DNA of 63,433 bases, the filler included, from Octopus bimaculoides (taxonomy: Eukaryota), in assembly GCF_001194135.2 (NCBI RefSeq). It is 8 parts of 8 records of this genome, joined end to end, with 100 filler letters (N's around TTAATTAATTAA, not from the genome) between each part and the next. Parts side by side here need not be neighbours in the genome. Positions count along the whole stretch, not along the records: positions 50,579 to 56,638 come from NC_069006.1; positions 56,739 to 61,792 come from NC_068987.1; positions 61,893 to 63,433 come from NC_068981.1; 5 more parts are not named here. One strand, given 5' to 3'. This document shows positions 52,249-63,433 of this stretch, in pieces. A model generated the notes under the pieces. The model had not been told where the DNA came from, searched no databases, and was given only the letters and a program-made list of their open reading frames with translations. Numbering within the stretch: position 1 is the first letter of the stretch; each line of letters starts with the position of its first letter. The position numbers were made by a program, and so were the translations under genes.

Positions 52249-52464
52249 GTGAGTTTTGATTGGCTAAAATTACCCAAAATTGACAAACTTTAAAAGCTAT
52301 TAACTTTTTATTTATGCCAAAAATGAATTTCATTTTTATAATTAGCACACAAAACTGAATCAGTATAACCAAATTTGAAAGCAATTGGAACAAAATTGAA
52401 AAAATATGAAATCTGTGGCATCAACCAAAACAAGATCCAGATACATATCCAATTGAGTGGCAGG

Positions 52465-52620
52465 GATGGCTGTGTGGTTAAAATGCTAGCTTTGCTACCT
52501 TGTGGTCCCAGGTTCAGTCTCATTGTGTGGCATCTAGGGCTAGTGTCCTCTGCCAAAGCCTCAGGCCAGTCTAGAGCTTGTGAGTAGATTTGGTAGACAG
52601 AAACTGAAGGAAGCCCATTC
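52465..52620 (+). mobile_element. Diverged CORE-like SINE 5' half
   Basis: ggatggctgtgtggttaa..ggttcagtctc..gcttgtgagtagatttggtagacagaaactgaag. A similar fragment lies at 53085-53215. Confidence 0.7.
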
Positions 52621-53484
52621 CATATGTCATCATTGTTTTAACATCCACTTTTCCATACTTGCATGGTTTAGATGGAGTTTATTGAGTCAGAGTTTCTACA
52701 GCTTAAGGCTTTTCCTGTCACCAATATTTCTCCCTGAAATCGGTATACAATACACAGTTATATTCTACAGTCATACACACTGCAAAATTACCTGTTACGC
52801 TCAGGTTACCAATAACCTTAGCATCCTCTTGTAAGTGTGGGAACGAAATTTGCTTAAGGAGTGTAAACCCAGTTTTTCAAGAGGATGTTCAAAGCATTTT
52901 CATTGCCTCTCAAAAATTTTAGGTGAAGCATCTGCAACCCCTGTTCTTGAGTCTATTCGTTGTTCCCAAGCCTATGTGTAATGGTTACATCTACTTTGCA
53001 GTGTAGAGATAAGCATTTTCAGAATCACACAATGTTTTGATCATTCACACAATACATCCAGTCAAAGATTAAAGATTAGGTGCCGGAATGGCTGTGTGGT
53101 TAAGAAGATCATTTTTCAACCACATGGTTTCAGGTTCAGTTCCATTGCATGGCACTTTGGACAAGTGTCTTCTACTATAGTCCCAGGCCAGTTAAGACAT
53201 CGTGAGTGAATTTGAAGGCATGTAATAATACTAGAAATTTTTTCATCAAATACTTGAACCCTTGGCATACTTTCTAGATTTAATCCTTCTTATCTCATGG
53301 TACATCTTCCTCACTAAACAGCAACAAGTTTATTACTGACCATAGAGTTTCCAAATTTTGGGGTTCCACAAATCAGTGAGCCTTTGAACCACCAATAAAG
53401 TTCAGTACTTAATTCTTACTATGTTCATACCTAACTTTGTATAGAAGTAAAAGGCTCCCATCACTGACATAAGTCCAAAGATTT

Positions 53485-53765
53485 CCTTCATTTCTTCCAC
53501 TGAAAGGGATTTTGTTGTATTTCCTCAAATTCTCTGGAACATAACCATATGGTCGGAGAGAATCTCCTACCACTACCCCAAGTCCAGAAACTTCTTTTGT
53601 TTCTTTGAATGAAAGAAAGATCTTTTTTTTATTTTATTTCCTCAAACTCTCTGCCATATAACCATTTGGTCTGAGAGAAGCTCTTATCACTACCCGAAGT
53701 CCAAAAACTGTCTTCATTTCTTCCACTGAAAGAGGATGTTCTTTTTCCTAAATTCTCTGCAATGT
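53485..53765. repeat. Degenerate tandem repeat, about 115-bp period, about 2.4 copies
   Basis: atttcctcaaa(t/c)tctctg at about 53519, 53637 and 53744; ttcatttcttccactgaaag at about 53487 and 53713. Confidence 0.75.
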
Positions 53766-54181
53766 ATTTATTTGGTTTGAGTGAAATCAGGCATCTAGGT
53801 TGGTGCAATATTTCAACCAAAATCAACCCATAAATGATCATTACATGATGAGGAGAAAAAGTCATCAGGAAGATTGCCTGTGTTTATCATTTTTCAAATA
53901 TTCCTTCTTTATGGTGGGAGAAAACTGGTGTTCAACAAAAACATTAGTGGCCCTAGTCCATCCTGCTGTAGTTAGGGAAGACGCTGTTTCTTTGAGCAGC
54001 ATCACGTCCTCTACATTGCCATGTCCCCTCCTAGTTGGGGCTGGACACCTTGTACATTATTGTCTCCCTTAACAGCACTCTCTCTCTCTCTTCTCCCCTC
54101 CTCCTCCCTCAGTTCAGAATCATTTCGTTCTTTAAATTAGCATAATTACTGGCCTTTTCACTCTTCTCATTAGAAAGTAAA

Positions 54182-54564
54182 GGAGGTGCAATGGCCCAGT
54201 GGTTAGGGCAGCGGACTCACGGTCATAGAATCGCGGTTTTGATTCCCAGACCGGGCGTTGTGAGTGTTTATTGAGCAAAAACACCTAAAAAGCTCCATGA
54301 GGTTCCGGCAGGGGATGGTGGCGAACCCTGCTGTACTCTTTCACCACAAATTTCTCTCACTCTTCCTGTTTCTGTTGTGCCTGTAATTCAAAGGGTCAGC
54401 CTTGTCACACTCTGTGTCACGATGAATATCCCCGAGAACTACGCTAAGGGTATACATGTCTGTGGAGTGCTCAACCACTTGCACATTAATTTCACGAGCA
54501 GGCTGTTCCGTTGATTGAATCGACTGGAACCCTCGACGTGGTAAGCGATGGAGTGCCAACAACA
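54182..54564 (+). mobile_element. Third tRNA-SINE family, full length, with 13-bp TSD
   Basis: A-box tggcccagtggttag, B-box-like ggttttgattccc, (AAC)n tail. Perfect TSD attagaaagtaaa at 54169-54181 and 54565-54577. Confidence 0.9.
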
Positions 54565-54671
54565 ATTAGAAAGTAAAATAAGAGATAAGCTGACAAGTTG
54601 ATGATTTTCTTTCAACCATTTTTGTCAATTTTAGATTCACAAACAGAAAACATTACACAAATGCACAGACA

Positions 54672-54872
54672 TACCATATTTGATAGCATATAAGATGCAC
54701 TTTTTTTCTTAAACAATGTCTTAAAACATCTAATGTCTAAAACATCACCCTGGGTCATATATGTGAAGTTAGGCCTTTATTGCACTAAAAACTTATTTGT
54801 TCTCAATATGCATTTCTAAAATTGGGGTGCATCTAATATGCCTGTGTGTCTTTTATGCCATCAAATAGGGGA
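54672..54872. mobile_element. Tc1/pogo-type MITE
   Basis: TIRs taccatatttgatagcatataagatgcac / gtgtgtcttttatgccatcaaatagggga (23/29). A related left end lies at about 6531-6560. Confidence 0.7.
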
Positions 54873-55694
54873 TATGATCATATGAGCTGTTGGTGATATG
54901 AAACAAGGCCTCAGATTGGCCAAGAAGCTGCAAGGTGATTTATTTATAAACTATAAGCAAGATACATGGTAGGCAAGAGATCAGCTATTCATGTTGCAGA
55001 CCCTACCTACAATGACATGGCTGATAATTCAGTCCCTTTTATTCAAAGGATTAAGGAGCAAAGCTCTATACTTTGGCAATTGCATCCAGCCACCTTTTCC
55101 CTAAGTTTGGTTGCAATATTTTGGCATTATAGCTCTGAATGACATAAGAGATATTCTTTCATGCAGCTATAGCTCATCTTAATGGTGTTCATGTCAAATA
55201 TCTTGTGAGATTTATATCTATTTGGGGAATGTTTCTACACCATCATTGCAGTTGGTTTATATCATATACTGTTTTGTTTTCTAGTGTTTTGAGGGCACTT
55301 GTGAGATGGCGATATTTAGTACAATGCTCCAACTTGGTACAGACTTCATAATAGTGATTTGTTATAGAATTTGGCAACCCTCTCAAGGGTGGCGTTATTG
55401 CTATTCTATTGTTAATGATATATAGATATATAAATGTGTGTGTGTATACATAGCTGTATGGTACAGAAACTTGTTTCCCTACCATATGGTTTTGGGTTCA
55501 GTCCCCACTGCATGACGTCCTGGGTAAGTATCTTCTACTTTAGCCCCTGGGAGACCAAAACCTTGTAAGAGGATTTGATAGATAACAACTGAAAGCAGCC
55601 CATCTCTCTCTCTCTCTCTCTCTCTCCCCCTCTATCTCTCTCTCTCTTTCTCTCTCTCTCCCTCTCTCTCTCTCTTTCTCTCTCNNNNNNNNNN

Positions 55695-55739
<45 letters not shown>

Positions 55740-55849
55740 AAGGATCAAAGGTCCTTCGTGAGCCATAGTCTCCTAGAGTTGGTTTCCCAGGTTCTGTGTC
55801 ATACATATTGTCCTCAGGGTGGGGACGTGGTCCCTCACAGCATTATTCA

Positions 55850-55985
55850 TATTTGCCAGCTGGTCTTGACTAGTAGGGCAACCTGAAATGAAGTGCTTTG
55901 CTCAATAACACAACACATCACTCAGTCCAGGAATTGAAACCACAATCTTACGATCATGAATGCAATACCCTGACCACTAAGCCAC
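55850..55985 (-). mobile_element. tRNA-headed SINE fragment (fourth family)
   Basis: Minus strand reads gtggcttagtggtcagggta..ggtttcaattcctgg..tgtgttattgagcaaagcacttc. Confidence 0.6.
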
Positions 55986-56876
55986 ATACCACCACACACA
56001 TACCACCACACACACACACACACACATGTACGGGCTTGCGCTAAAACCCACACTGTTTCTTGCTTTTAGCCCTATAAAATTTTTAAAAAATTTTTTGCGT
56101 GCGTATGTATGGGTGCGGGGTTGTTGTGAGTGTGGATGTGTATGCGTGTATATATATATGCACATGTACATATATGTATGGTCTGTGGCGAGTATGTGAG
56201 TGAGCATGTGTGTGTTTACATACATGTATAGTTTTTGGCTATACATTTTTTGGGGTGAGCATGTGTGTGTTTAAAGCGAGGGTAGTTTTAGTATATGAAT
56301 ATAGGCGAATGTACGGATTGGTGCGCTTACGCAAACCTATAGACTTCTCTACTCCCTTACTCTTACCCCCTTACTTAGCGGTCTATTAGCTCTTTTGTCT
56401 TTTGTCTTAATGACGGTCACCACACAGTAATTTCCCTTTGTTTAATGGTCATTTTTCACAGGAATTTTCAATGGCTGGATAACTGAAGAGATGTTGGCAT
56501 GGGCTCCCACCCTGGCATCCAAAACTTGGAGTTTTATCATGGCTACTGAATAAGTGTCACATATATTTTTACAGATAAATTCCTCTATTTACATAATATT
56601 GAGGTCTCTTTCTTTCTTTTGTTGTCTTTTCTGTCAATNNNNNNNNNNNNNNNNNNNNNNNNNNNNNNNNNNNNNNNNNNNNTTAATTAATTAANNNNNN
56701 NNNNNNNNNNNNNNNNNNNNNNNNNNNNNNNNNNNNNNGAGAAAGAATGGATGTTCATTTACAGAAAACATTTGATCAGCGATCATAGACCTGCTCGATG
56801 AGGCCCATGGCAAACCGAGGGATAACACCACCACTGCCACCACCACCACCACCACCACCACCAACAACAACCTCTA

Positions 56877-56909
<33 letters not shown>

Positions 56910-56954
56910 ATGATGATGATGATGATTATGATGGTGGTGGTGGTGATGCTGCTG

Positions 56955-56995
<41 letters not shown>

Positions 56996-57621
56996 GAAAT
57001 GTGTTTTAATGCTACAATATCGTCTATAGTTTTGCAGTGTTCAAAATGCCGCTCGGTAGATTTGAGTTTTAACTTATTTCAAACTTTCTCATTATCCAGA
57101 TTGTTTCACATGAAGTTGTTAGCAACCTCAACATGTTAAGAAGAGCTTAATTTTCTTGATAATTGTTTGAAAAATAAAGATTACCACTTTTTGACAATAT
57201 TATGCCTCCCATTCCACCATCATCACAACTACCTCTTCCTTTCTCACGAAAATATATACATCATTAATTCCACCCTTTTTTTCCCCTTATGTGTTTCGTA
57301 AAAAATATTTTTTTGATTTTCTTCTTAGTTTTAAGAGAAAATTCGTATAAATTGCACCGTTTTCAACGAACGTTAAAATTTGAAGAAAAGAAGCAAAAAT
57401 AAAAAAGACAAAACAAAACAAAGAAAATATTAATGATAATAAAATAAAACTCGATGTAATGATAGTACAAGAGGTAAGAGAGCAATGGTGATAATAATGA
57501 TGATTATTATTGTGATAATACCAATAGCGAAAATAACAGTAGTATGATGTTAAATCAACATTTCAGGCATTTTGGCTATTGTTATAATGTAAAAAAAAAA
57601 ACCCATAAAACAACATTCACG

Positions 57622-57696
<75 letters not shown>

Positions 57697-58705
57697 TACA
57701 AGAATAACATTGGTGATAATAACAACAATAGCAATAATAATATTAGAAATTATTACCATTATTATTGTTGTTATTTAAGGGCGGAGAAGCTGTTATGTTC
57801 TTTTGTTTTCTTCGAAATTGATAATTGCAGACAATTGTTAAAAATGTGAGGTTGTACATCTAACGCTTGCAGCTTTCAGTGGGCGGAAACGGTGCGCAGA
57901 TAAAGATGGAGTCGGAAGGGCGATATTCGGGTTGGTGGCGGCTGGCTGTAGTGTTAGTTTGAACTGCTGATATAGTGATTGTGCTTCTCTGTATTGCTAT
58001 TGTTGATGTTGATGTTGTCGCTGTTGTTAGTAGTGGTGTCAGTGCGTGTTAGAGGTGATTGCAGTAGCGGTGCAGTTAGTTAAAATGGCGATAGTTGCGG
58101 TGAATATATTGATGCCGTGACGGTATAACGATGTTACCAGATCTGTTCTTGTTCTTAATGCTTCTTTAGTTGTTGCTGCTGCTGTTGTTGCATTTGTCCT
58201 TGTTACTTTTAGGTATTGTTGGTGTTTATTTAAATTGCCTGCTATAAAAATTGTCCAAATGTCGCAACCAATTAACGTGAAAATAAAAACATAGAAACAA
58301 AAGTACACAAAAGACAAAACAATAAAAACAAACAAAAGCCTTCAGTTAAATTAAATATATTTTTATGAGCTTCATCGTTTTGTTTTTATTCTTATTTATC
58401 ACTTTCCTTTTACTTTTAAACAATTTTATGTTTACCATTTTATTATTGTTTTTCTCTCGTTTCGTTATAATCGTTTCTTTGTTTTCATTGCTGTTATATC
58501 TTCTAGATGTTAATGTTGTTGATGTAGCTGTTGTGTTAATTTCTCTTCTGACTTTGATGTTGGGGTTGTAGTTACAATTGTTTCATCAGTTTACCGTAAT
58601 TTGTTATGATGATGAAATACTGTTGTAGCACCGTGGATGATATAGCTGTTGTACTTGATGTTATTGTATAAAGCATTGCGCTACTTGTACTTAATTTTGT
58701 TTTAC

Positions 58706-58769
<64 letters not shown>

Positions 58770-58911
58770 TATAATTGTTTCGTGGTTGATTTAAATGTTG
58801 CTGCTATCATTGTAGTCGCGGTTGTTATATTTTTGTTGCTAATATTTTTGAAATGCTTTACGTCATTATTATAATTGTTGTTGTCATCGACTTAGTTGTT
58901 GTTCTTGTTGC

Positions 58912-58980
<69 letters not shown>

Positions 58981-58997
58981 CATTATTATTATTATTA
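57622..58997. repeat. Cluster of three (ATT)n microsatellites
   Basis: Tracts at about 57622-57696, 58708-58770 and 58915-58997. Confidence 0.9.
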
Positions 58998-59706
58998 TAT
59001 TTAACTTTGTGTTGGGTGGGGAGGCATTTTAAGTAGCATCTTTCACAATTGATTTTTGAATAAAGAACCGTATTTTTTATTTTTTACCACCACAACGCTC
59101 TTCTTCCATGCCTAAACCCAAACTGTCGGACAAAGAATATATAAAAAAAAGCACAATCTAAAACAACAAAACAAACAGACAAAACACAACAAATAAAATA
59201 ATAGATGAATGGATGAATTAATACAAAACAAACAAAAAAAAATTCGAAAAACAAAATTGAAAATTAGGGTGAATGGTAGGAGAATTCGATAATCTTTATT
59301 ATCTAGTTTTAAATTTTTAATTGTTACAAATGGTGCGTTGTCGTGAAATGAGCGCACAAGGAATGAGTGAAAGTAAAGAAAACTAAACAACAACAACAAC
59401 AACAAGATCAGTATAAGCTTAAGATACGAACTCACACAGAATTATTCACACTAACGTACACTGTCATCCTCTTACCGATACTAATGTGTAATATACTATA
59501 TCTTTCCTTCCCACTCTCTATAATAACGAAATAAATAATAAAGACACTTAAATATGATAGAATAATACAGTATTCCAGAGGTAGGCGTGGAGATTCGGTG
59601 TTAATAAATTGGTGCCTGTTTTAAAAAATGCGCTTTAAAAACCGAAGGAATACTGGGCTGTCCAATATATACACGTGTTCACACACGGTCACTAACGGTG
59701 TGTTGC

Positions 59707-59752
<46 letters not shown>

Positions 59753-61646
59753 NNNNNNNNNNNNNNNNNNNNNNNNNNNNNNNNNNNNNNNNNNNNNNNN
59801 NNNNNNNNNNNNNNNNNNNNNNNNNNNNNNNNNNNNNNNNNNNNNNNNNNNNNNNNNNNNNNNNNNNNNNNNNNNNNNNNNNNNNNNNNNNNNNNNNNNN
59901 NNNNNNNNNNNNNNNNNNNNNNNNNNNNNNNNNNNNNNNNNNNNNNNNNNNNNNNNNNNNNNNNNNNNNNNNNNNNNNNNNNNNNNNNNNNNNNNNNNNN
60001 NNNNNNNNNNNNNNNNNNNNNNNNNNNNNNNNNNNNNNNNNNNNNNNNNNNNNNNNNNNNNNNNNNNNNNNNNNNNNNNNNNNNNNNNNNNNNNNNNNNN
60101 NNNNNNNNNNNNNNNNNNNNNNNNNNNNNNNNNNNNNNNNNNNNNNNNNNNNNNNNNNNNNNNNNNNNNNNNNNNNNNNNNNNNNNNNNNNNNNNNNNNN
60201 NNNNNNNNNNNNNNNNNNNNNNNNNNNNNNNNNNNNNNNNNNNNNNNNNNNNNNNNNNNNNNNNNNNNNNNNNNNNNNNNNNNNNNNNNNNNNNNNNNNN
60301 NNNNNNNNNNNNNNNNNNNNNNNNNNNNNNNNNNNNNNNNNNNNNNNNNNNNNNNNNNNNNNNNNNNNNNNNNNNNNNNNNNNNNNNNNNNNNNNNNNNN
60401 NNNNNNNNNNNNNNNNNNNNNNNNNNNNNNNNNNNNNNNNNNNNNNNNNNNNNNNNNNNNNNNNNNNNNNNNNNNNNNNNNNNNNNNNNNNNNNNNNNNN
60501 NNNNNNNNNNNNNNNNNNNNNNNNNNNNNNNNNNNNNNNNNNNNNNNNNNNNNNNNNNNNNNNNNNNNNNNNNNNNNNNNNNNNNNNNNNNNNNNNNNNN
60601 NNNNNNNNNNNNNNNNNNNNNNNNNNNNNNNNNNNNNCATATATGCACATGTGCATGAATATATATATATATATGTATATGTATATGTATGTATAAATCT
60701 TACTCTCTCTCACTCACTATATATATACATATATGTATGTATGTATACATACATAGGTATACACATTTATATGTAATGTATAGCAAAAATTGAACATGTT
60801 GAGGTTTACACACACACACACACACACACGCACACACACACACACACATACCCAAACACACTATCAAACACACACACACATACATACGTATACACCCTCA
60901 CATATATGTCTGAGTTTGCGTGTGTATGTTTGGTGTGAGTATGTAAGACAGAGAGAGAGGAGGAGTGAGAGAAAGTGAGGGAGAGAAGGGTGCGTCACGA
61001 TGTCACGATGCCCGTACGCATCGTTGTGTATTTGTATACACAATAAATCCACTATTTTTTGAAATTAAACTAAATGCTCGTAAATTTTCTCTTCCGCCCG
61101 GGACCCTGGGTTAAATTCAGCAAAGCGTGACTACTGCATTTGCAAATATTAATCAAATAATGTTGGACACAGGAGGGAAGATCGGGTCTGACTAGATTAT
61201 TCCGTGAGTGTACAGGAAGATCGGGAAGTTGCATAGATCGTTATTGTTTCCTTAACACCTCATAAATAAATAAAACATTTGATAACACGGTGAAAATGTT
61301 AGTTTGGATTGTATTTTATATTTTCAATTCTTTTAATTATATTTCGTTGATGCTTTTATCTTGACTTCAGCAACTTTCATCTATGCAAACATAAAAACAC
61401 ACACATATACATAACCCCCCTCCCCCCAAAAAACACACACACATACGCTCGTACATCGATACACATATATACACACACACATGTTAACACGTACATAAAA
61501 ACATTTTCGTCTGTGTTTGAATATATAACTGCATAACTACGTTTGTGTATATGCACATACATATACAAAAAACTACATGTATGTAGCATATACCTACTTA
61601 TACATACACACCACACACACATGCACACATATATACACACAGACAG

Positions 61647-61677
<31 letters not shown>

Positions 61678-61899
61678 TCCACACACACACATACACACAC
61701 ATATATCTTGATATATAAATCTGAAATTGTGTGTTTGTGTGAAGCCTTTTTGAATGTTTATAGAAATCCACATTTTCCACTTTTTCGTAAAANNNNNNNN
61801 NNNNNNNNNNNNNNNNNNNNNNNNNNNNNNNNNNNNTTAATTAATTAANNNNNNNNNNNNNNNNNNNNNNNNNNNNNNNNNNNNNNNNNNNNTATAGAG

Positions 61900-62290
61900 C
61901 TTTCTTTTCTACTGTATGGAGCTGAAATCTGGACAGTTTACGAAGCTCAAATAGACAAGTTACATGCATATATAAGACAGTTGCGACAAATTATGAATAT
62001 CGCTGTTTGACAAAGATTATGAATGAAGTGATCTCCAGCGTGCTGGTCTGCCTACTACGATGGAAATCCTCATTGACAGACATTTACGATGGTTGGGACA
62101 CGTATATAAGATGGACAACAGCCACCACCTCAGACAACTGCTTTCTTCCTAACTATGCAAAGGTAAAAGAAACCATAGAAATATTCGACTGGGATTCAAT
62201 GACACTGCAAAAAAAAAAAAAAAGGAAGGAATTGATCATAATAAATGGAAAACCCAAGCTAAAAACCCACCTGTGTGGAGAAAGCTTATC
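61900..62290 (+). pseudogene. RTE/BovB-like LINE ORF2 C-terminal remnant
   Basis: With frameshifts it reads LLYGAEIWTVYEAQIDKLHAY..LRQIMNI, QRAGL and RHLRWLGHVYKMDN..RQLL..GKRN..W. Confidence 0.78.
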
Positions 62291-62940
62291 AAGTCATGCC
62301 AAAACTATGAGCAGCCGTAGTCGCGACGACTGACTACAGACAGTGATATCATGAGTTAATTTTAATATAAACCCTAAGTAAAATACGTGTACAACTCATT
62401 GGTAAATTTTCTCAATTAAAGGGCGACAGAAGTTCAAATATCAGGGAGGTCAACTTTGTTCTCTTTCCTTCTGGAATTGGTAAAATAACTTCGCTGGCAT
62501 TTCCTTTTATCTCGCAGTAAATGGTTGTAACGCAGTGGATTTCACCGAAAGCACGCAAGCACCAGTGGCGACGATGTTTAACTTGCCAATGGATTAAGTC
62601 TACCACCCAAGAGAAACTATCATTCATAGAAAGTAACGAACACAACCTTTCTGTTAAGGTTTCCATTGTTGTTGTTTTTTCTTCTGTTGTTGCAGCTGTT
62701 GCTGTTATCGTTGTATTTCTTACGTAGATCTAAGTGACCCTAATCTCCTTTAATCGAGTAAACCTGTGATACAGTGTTTAATTACAAATTCCATGGTTTT
62801 TTTTTCAATCTGACATATATATTATCCAGGGTTATGTTATCCACTATTATTCTTCCTATTCTTTTTAAGACAGTGGGGTGCAGTGTGAGGTTACTAGCCC
62901 TATTAATATCAGCGAGTTTTCCACTGTTGAATATGTGATA

Positions 62941-62997
<57 letters not shown>

Positions 62998-63433
62998 CGC
63001 TCTCTCTCTCGCTCTCACACACACCCACTATATATATATATATATAGCAATGTTAAATCTCTGAACGAGGTATTAACAGTAACTGCACTACAACGTGGAG
63101 TAAGTATACTTGCCACTTAAATGCGGCTAAACCCTAAGGGTGGATGTTACTGTTGCTTATAGCCCCAGGAGAATATCTCCTCCAGCTGTCTATTGACACA
63201 CATCTGTGTCCTGTCAGTATTTGCAAAGGGAAGTCATCCTTCCCATCTTGATGTGTGATACGTACGGACTCGAGTTTCTGTGTATTTACCCGTCCTCAGC
63301 GTACGACAATCACTGATCTTCGATACGAAAGATGTCCCGATGCAAATACATATATACTTTTTCCAGAGAAAATATTCACTGATCTCGAAAAAGTGAAAAC
63401 AAACAAAGTTAAATGTCTGAACGAGGTATATAT

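Noticed and set aside
54182-54260. tRNA gene
   Set aside because: It is the tRNA-derived head of a SINE, continuing into a SINE body, tail and TSD, with no complete cloverleaf.
54635-54886. Strong acceptor at 54634 with a MITE-disrupted exon
   Set aside because: Removing the MITE leaves stops in all three frames.
55000-55142. Open frame PTYNDMADNSVPFIQRIKEQ... after ttcatgttgcag
   Set aside because: It would need a 65-nt intron from 54935 and has no good donor. Kept only as an alternative terminal exon for the 52155 chain.
3132-60776. Long ORFs in the track (300-430 aa) made of X, IY, HT, VC, LS or poly-L/I/N
   Set aside because: They are read-through of N gaps and microsatellites with no coding signal, except where they overlap the ZMYM exons.
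62412-62727. Overlapping 84-aa and 68-aa ORFs
   Set aside because: No recognisable domain, and the plus-strand acceptor leads to stops in all frames.

Overview
Eukaryotic, gap-rich draft sequence. The SINE, LINE and microsatellite landscape looks like an octopus or other coleoid cephalopod (inference, no search run). Seven 100-bp spacers (44N-TTAATTAATTAA-44N) are artificial scaffold joins, so the window is eight blocks whose adjacency is not guaranteed. The only well-supported host gene is a minus-strand MYM-type (zf-FCS/TRASH) zinc-finger gene of the ZMYM2/3/4 / Drosophila woc family. Five exons chain in phase with canonical splice sites: 16881-15573, 14048-14000, 10828-10743, 9979-9653 and 7978 into a gap. 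Its 5' and 3' ends were not located. The rest is mostly decayed mobile DNA: CORE-like and other tRNA-derived SINEs, RTE-tail repeats, three R4/Dong-like LINE remnants, a Penelope-like element with a hammerhead-like motif, a Ty3/gypsy RT fragment, RTE LINE fragments, mariner, hAT and pogo MITEs, a 91-bp mini-Helitron and a 450-bp foldback. I found no clear-cut new biological system. The best leads are an unrecognised in-phase plus-strand exon chain overlapping an RFX X-box in the 50.6-56.6 kb block, degenerate hammerhead ribozymes, stacking of Dong-like LINEs on (TAA)n tails, and a Thr/Pro-reading satellite at 43.7-45.8 kb.
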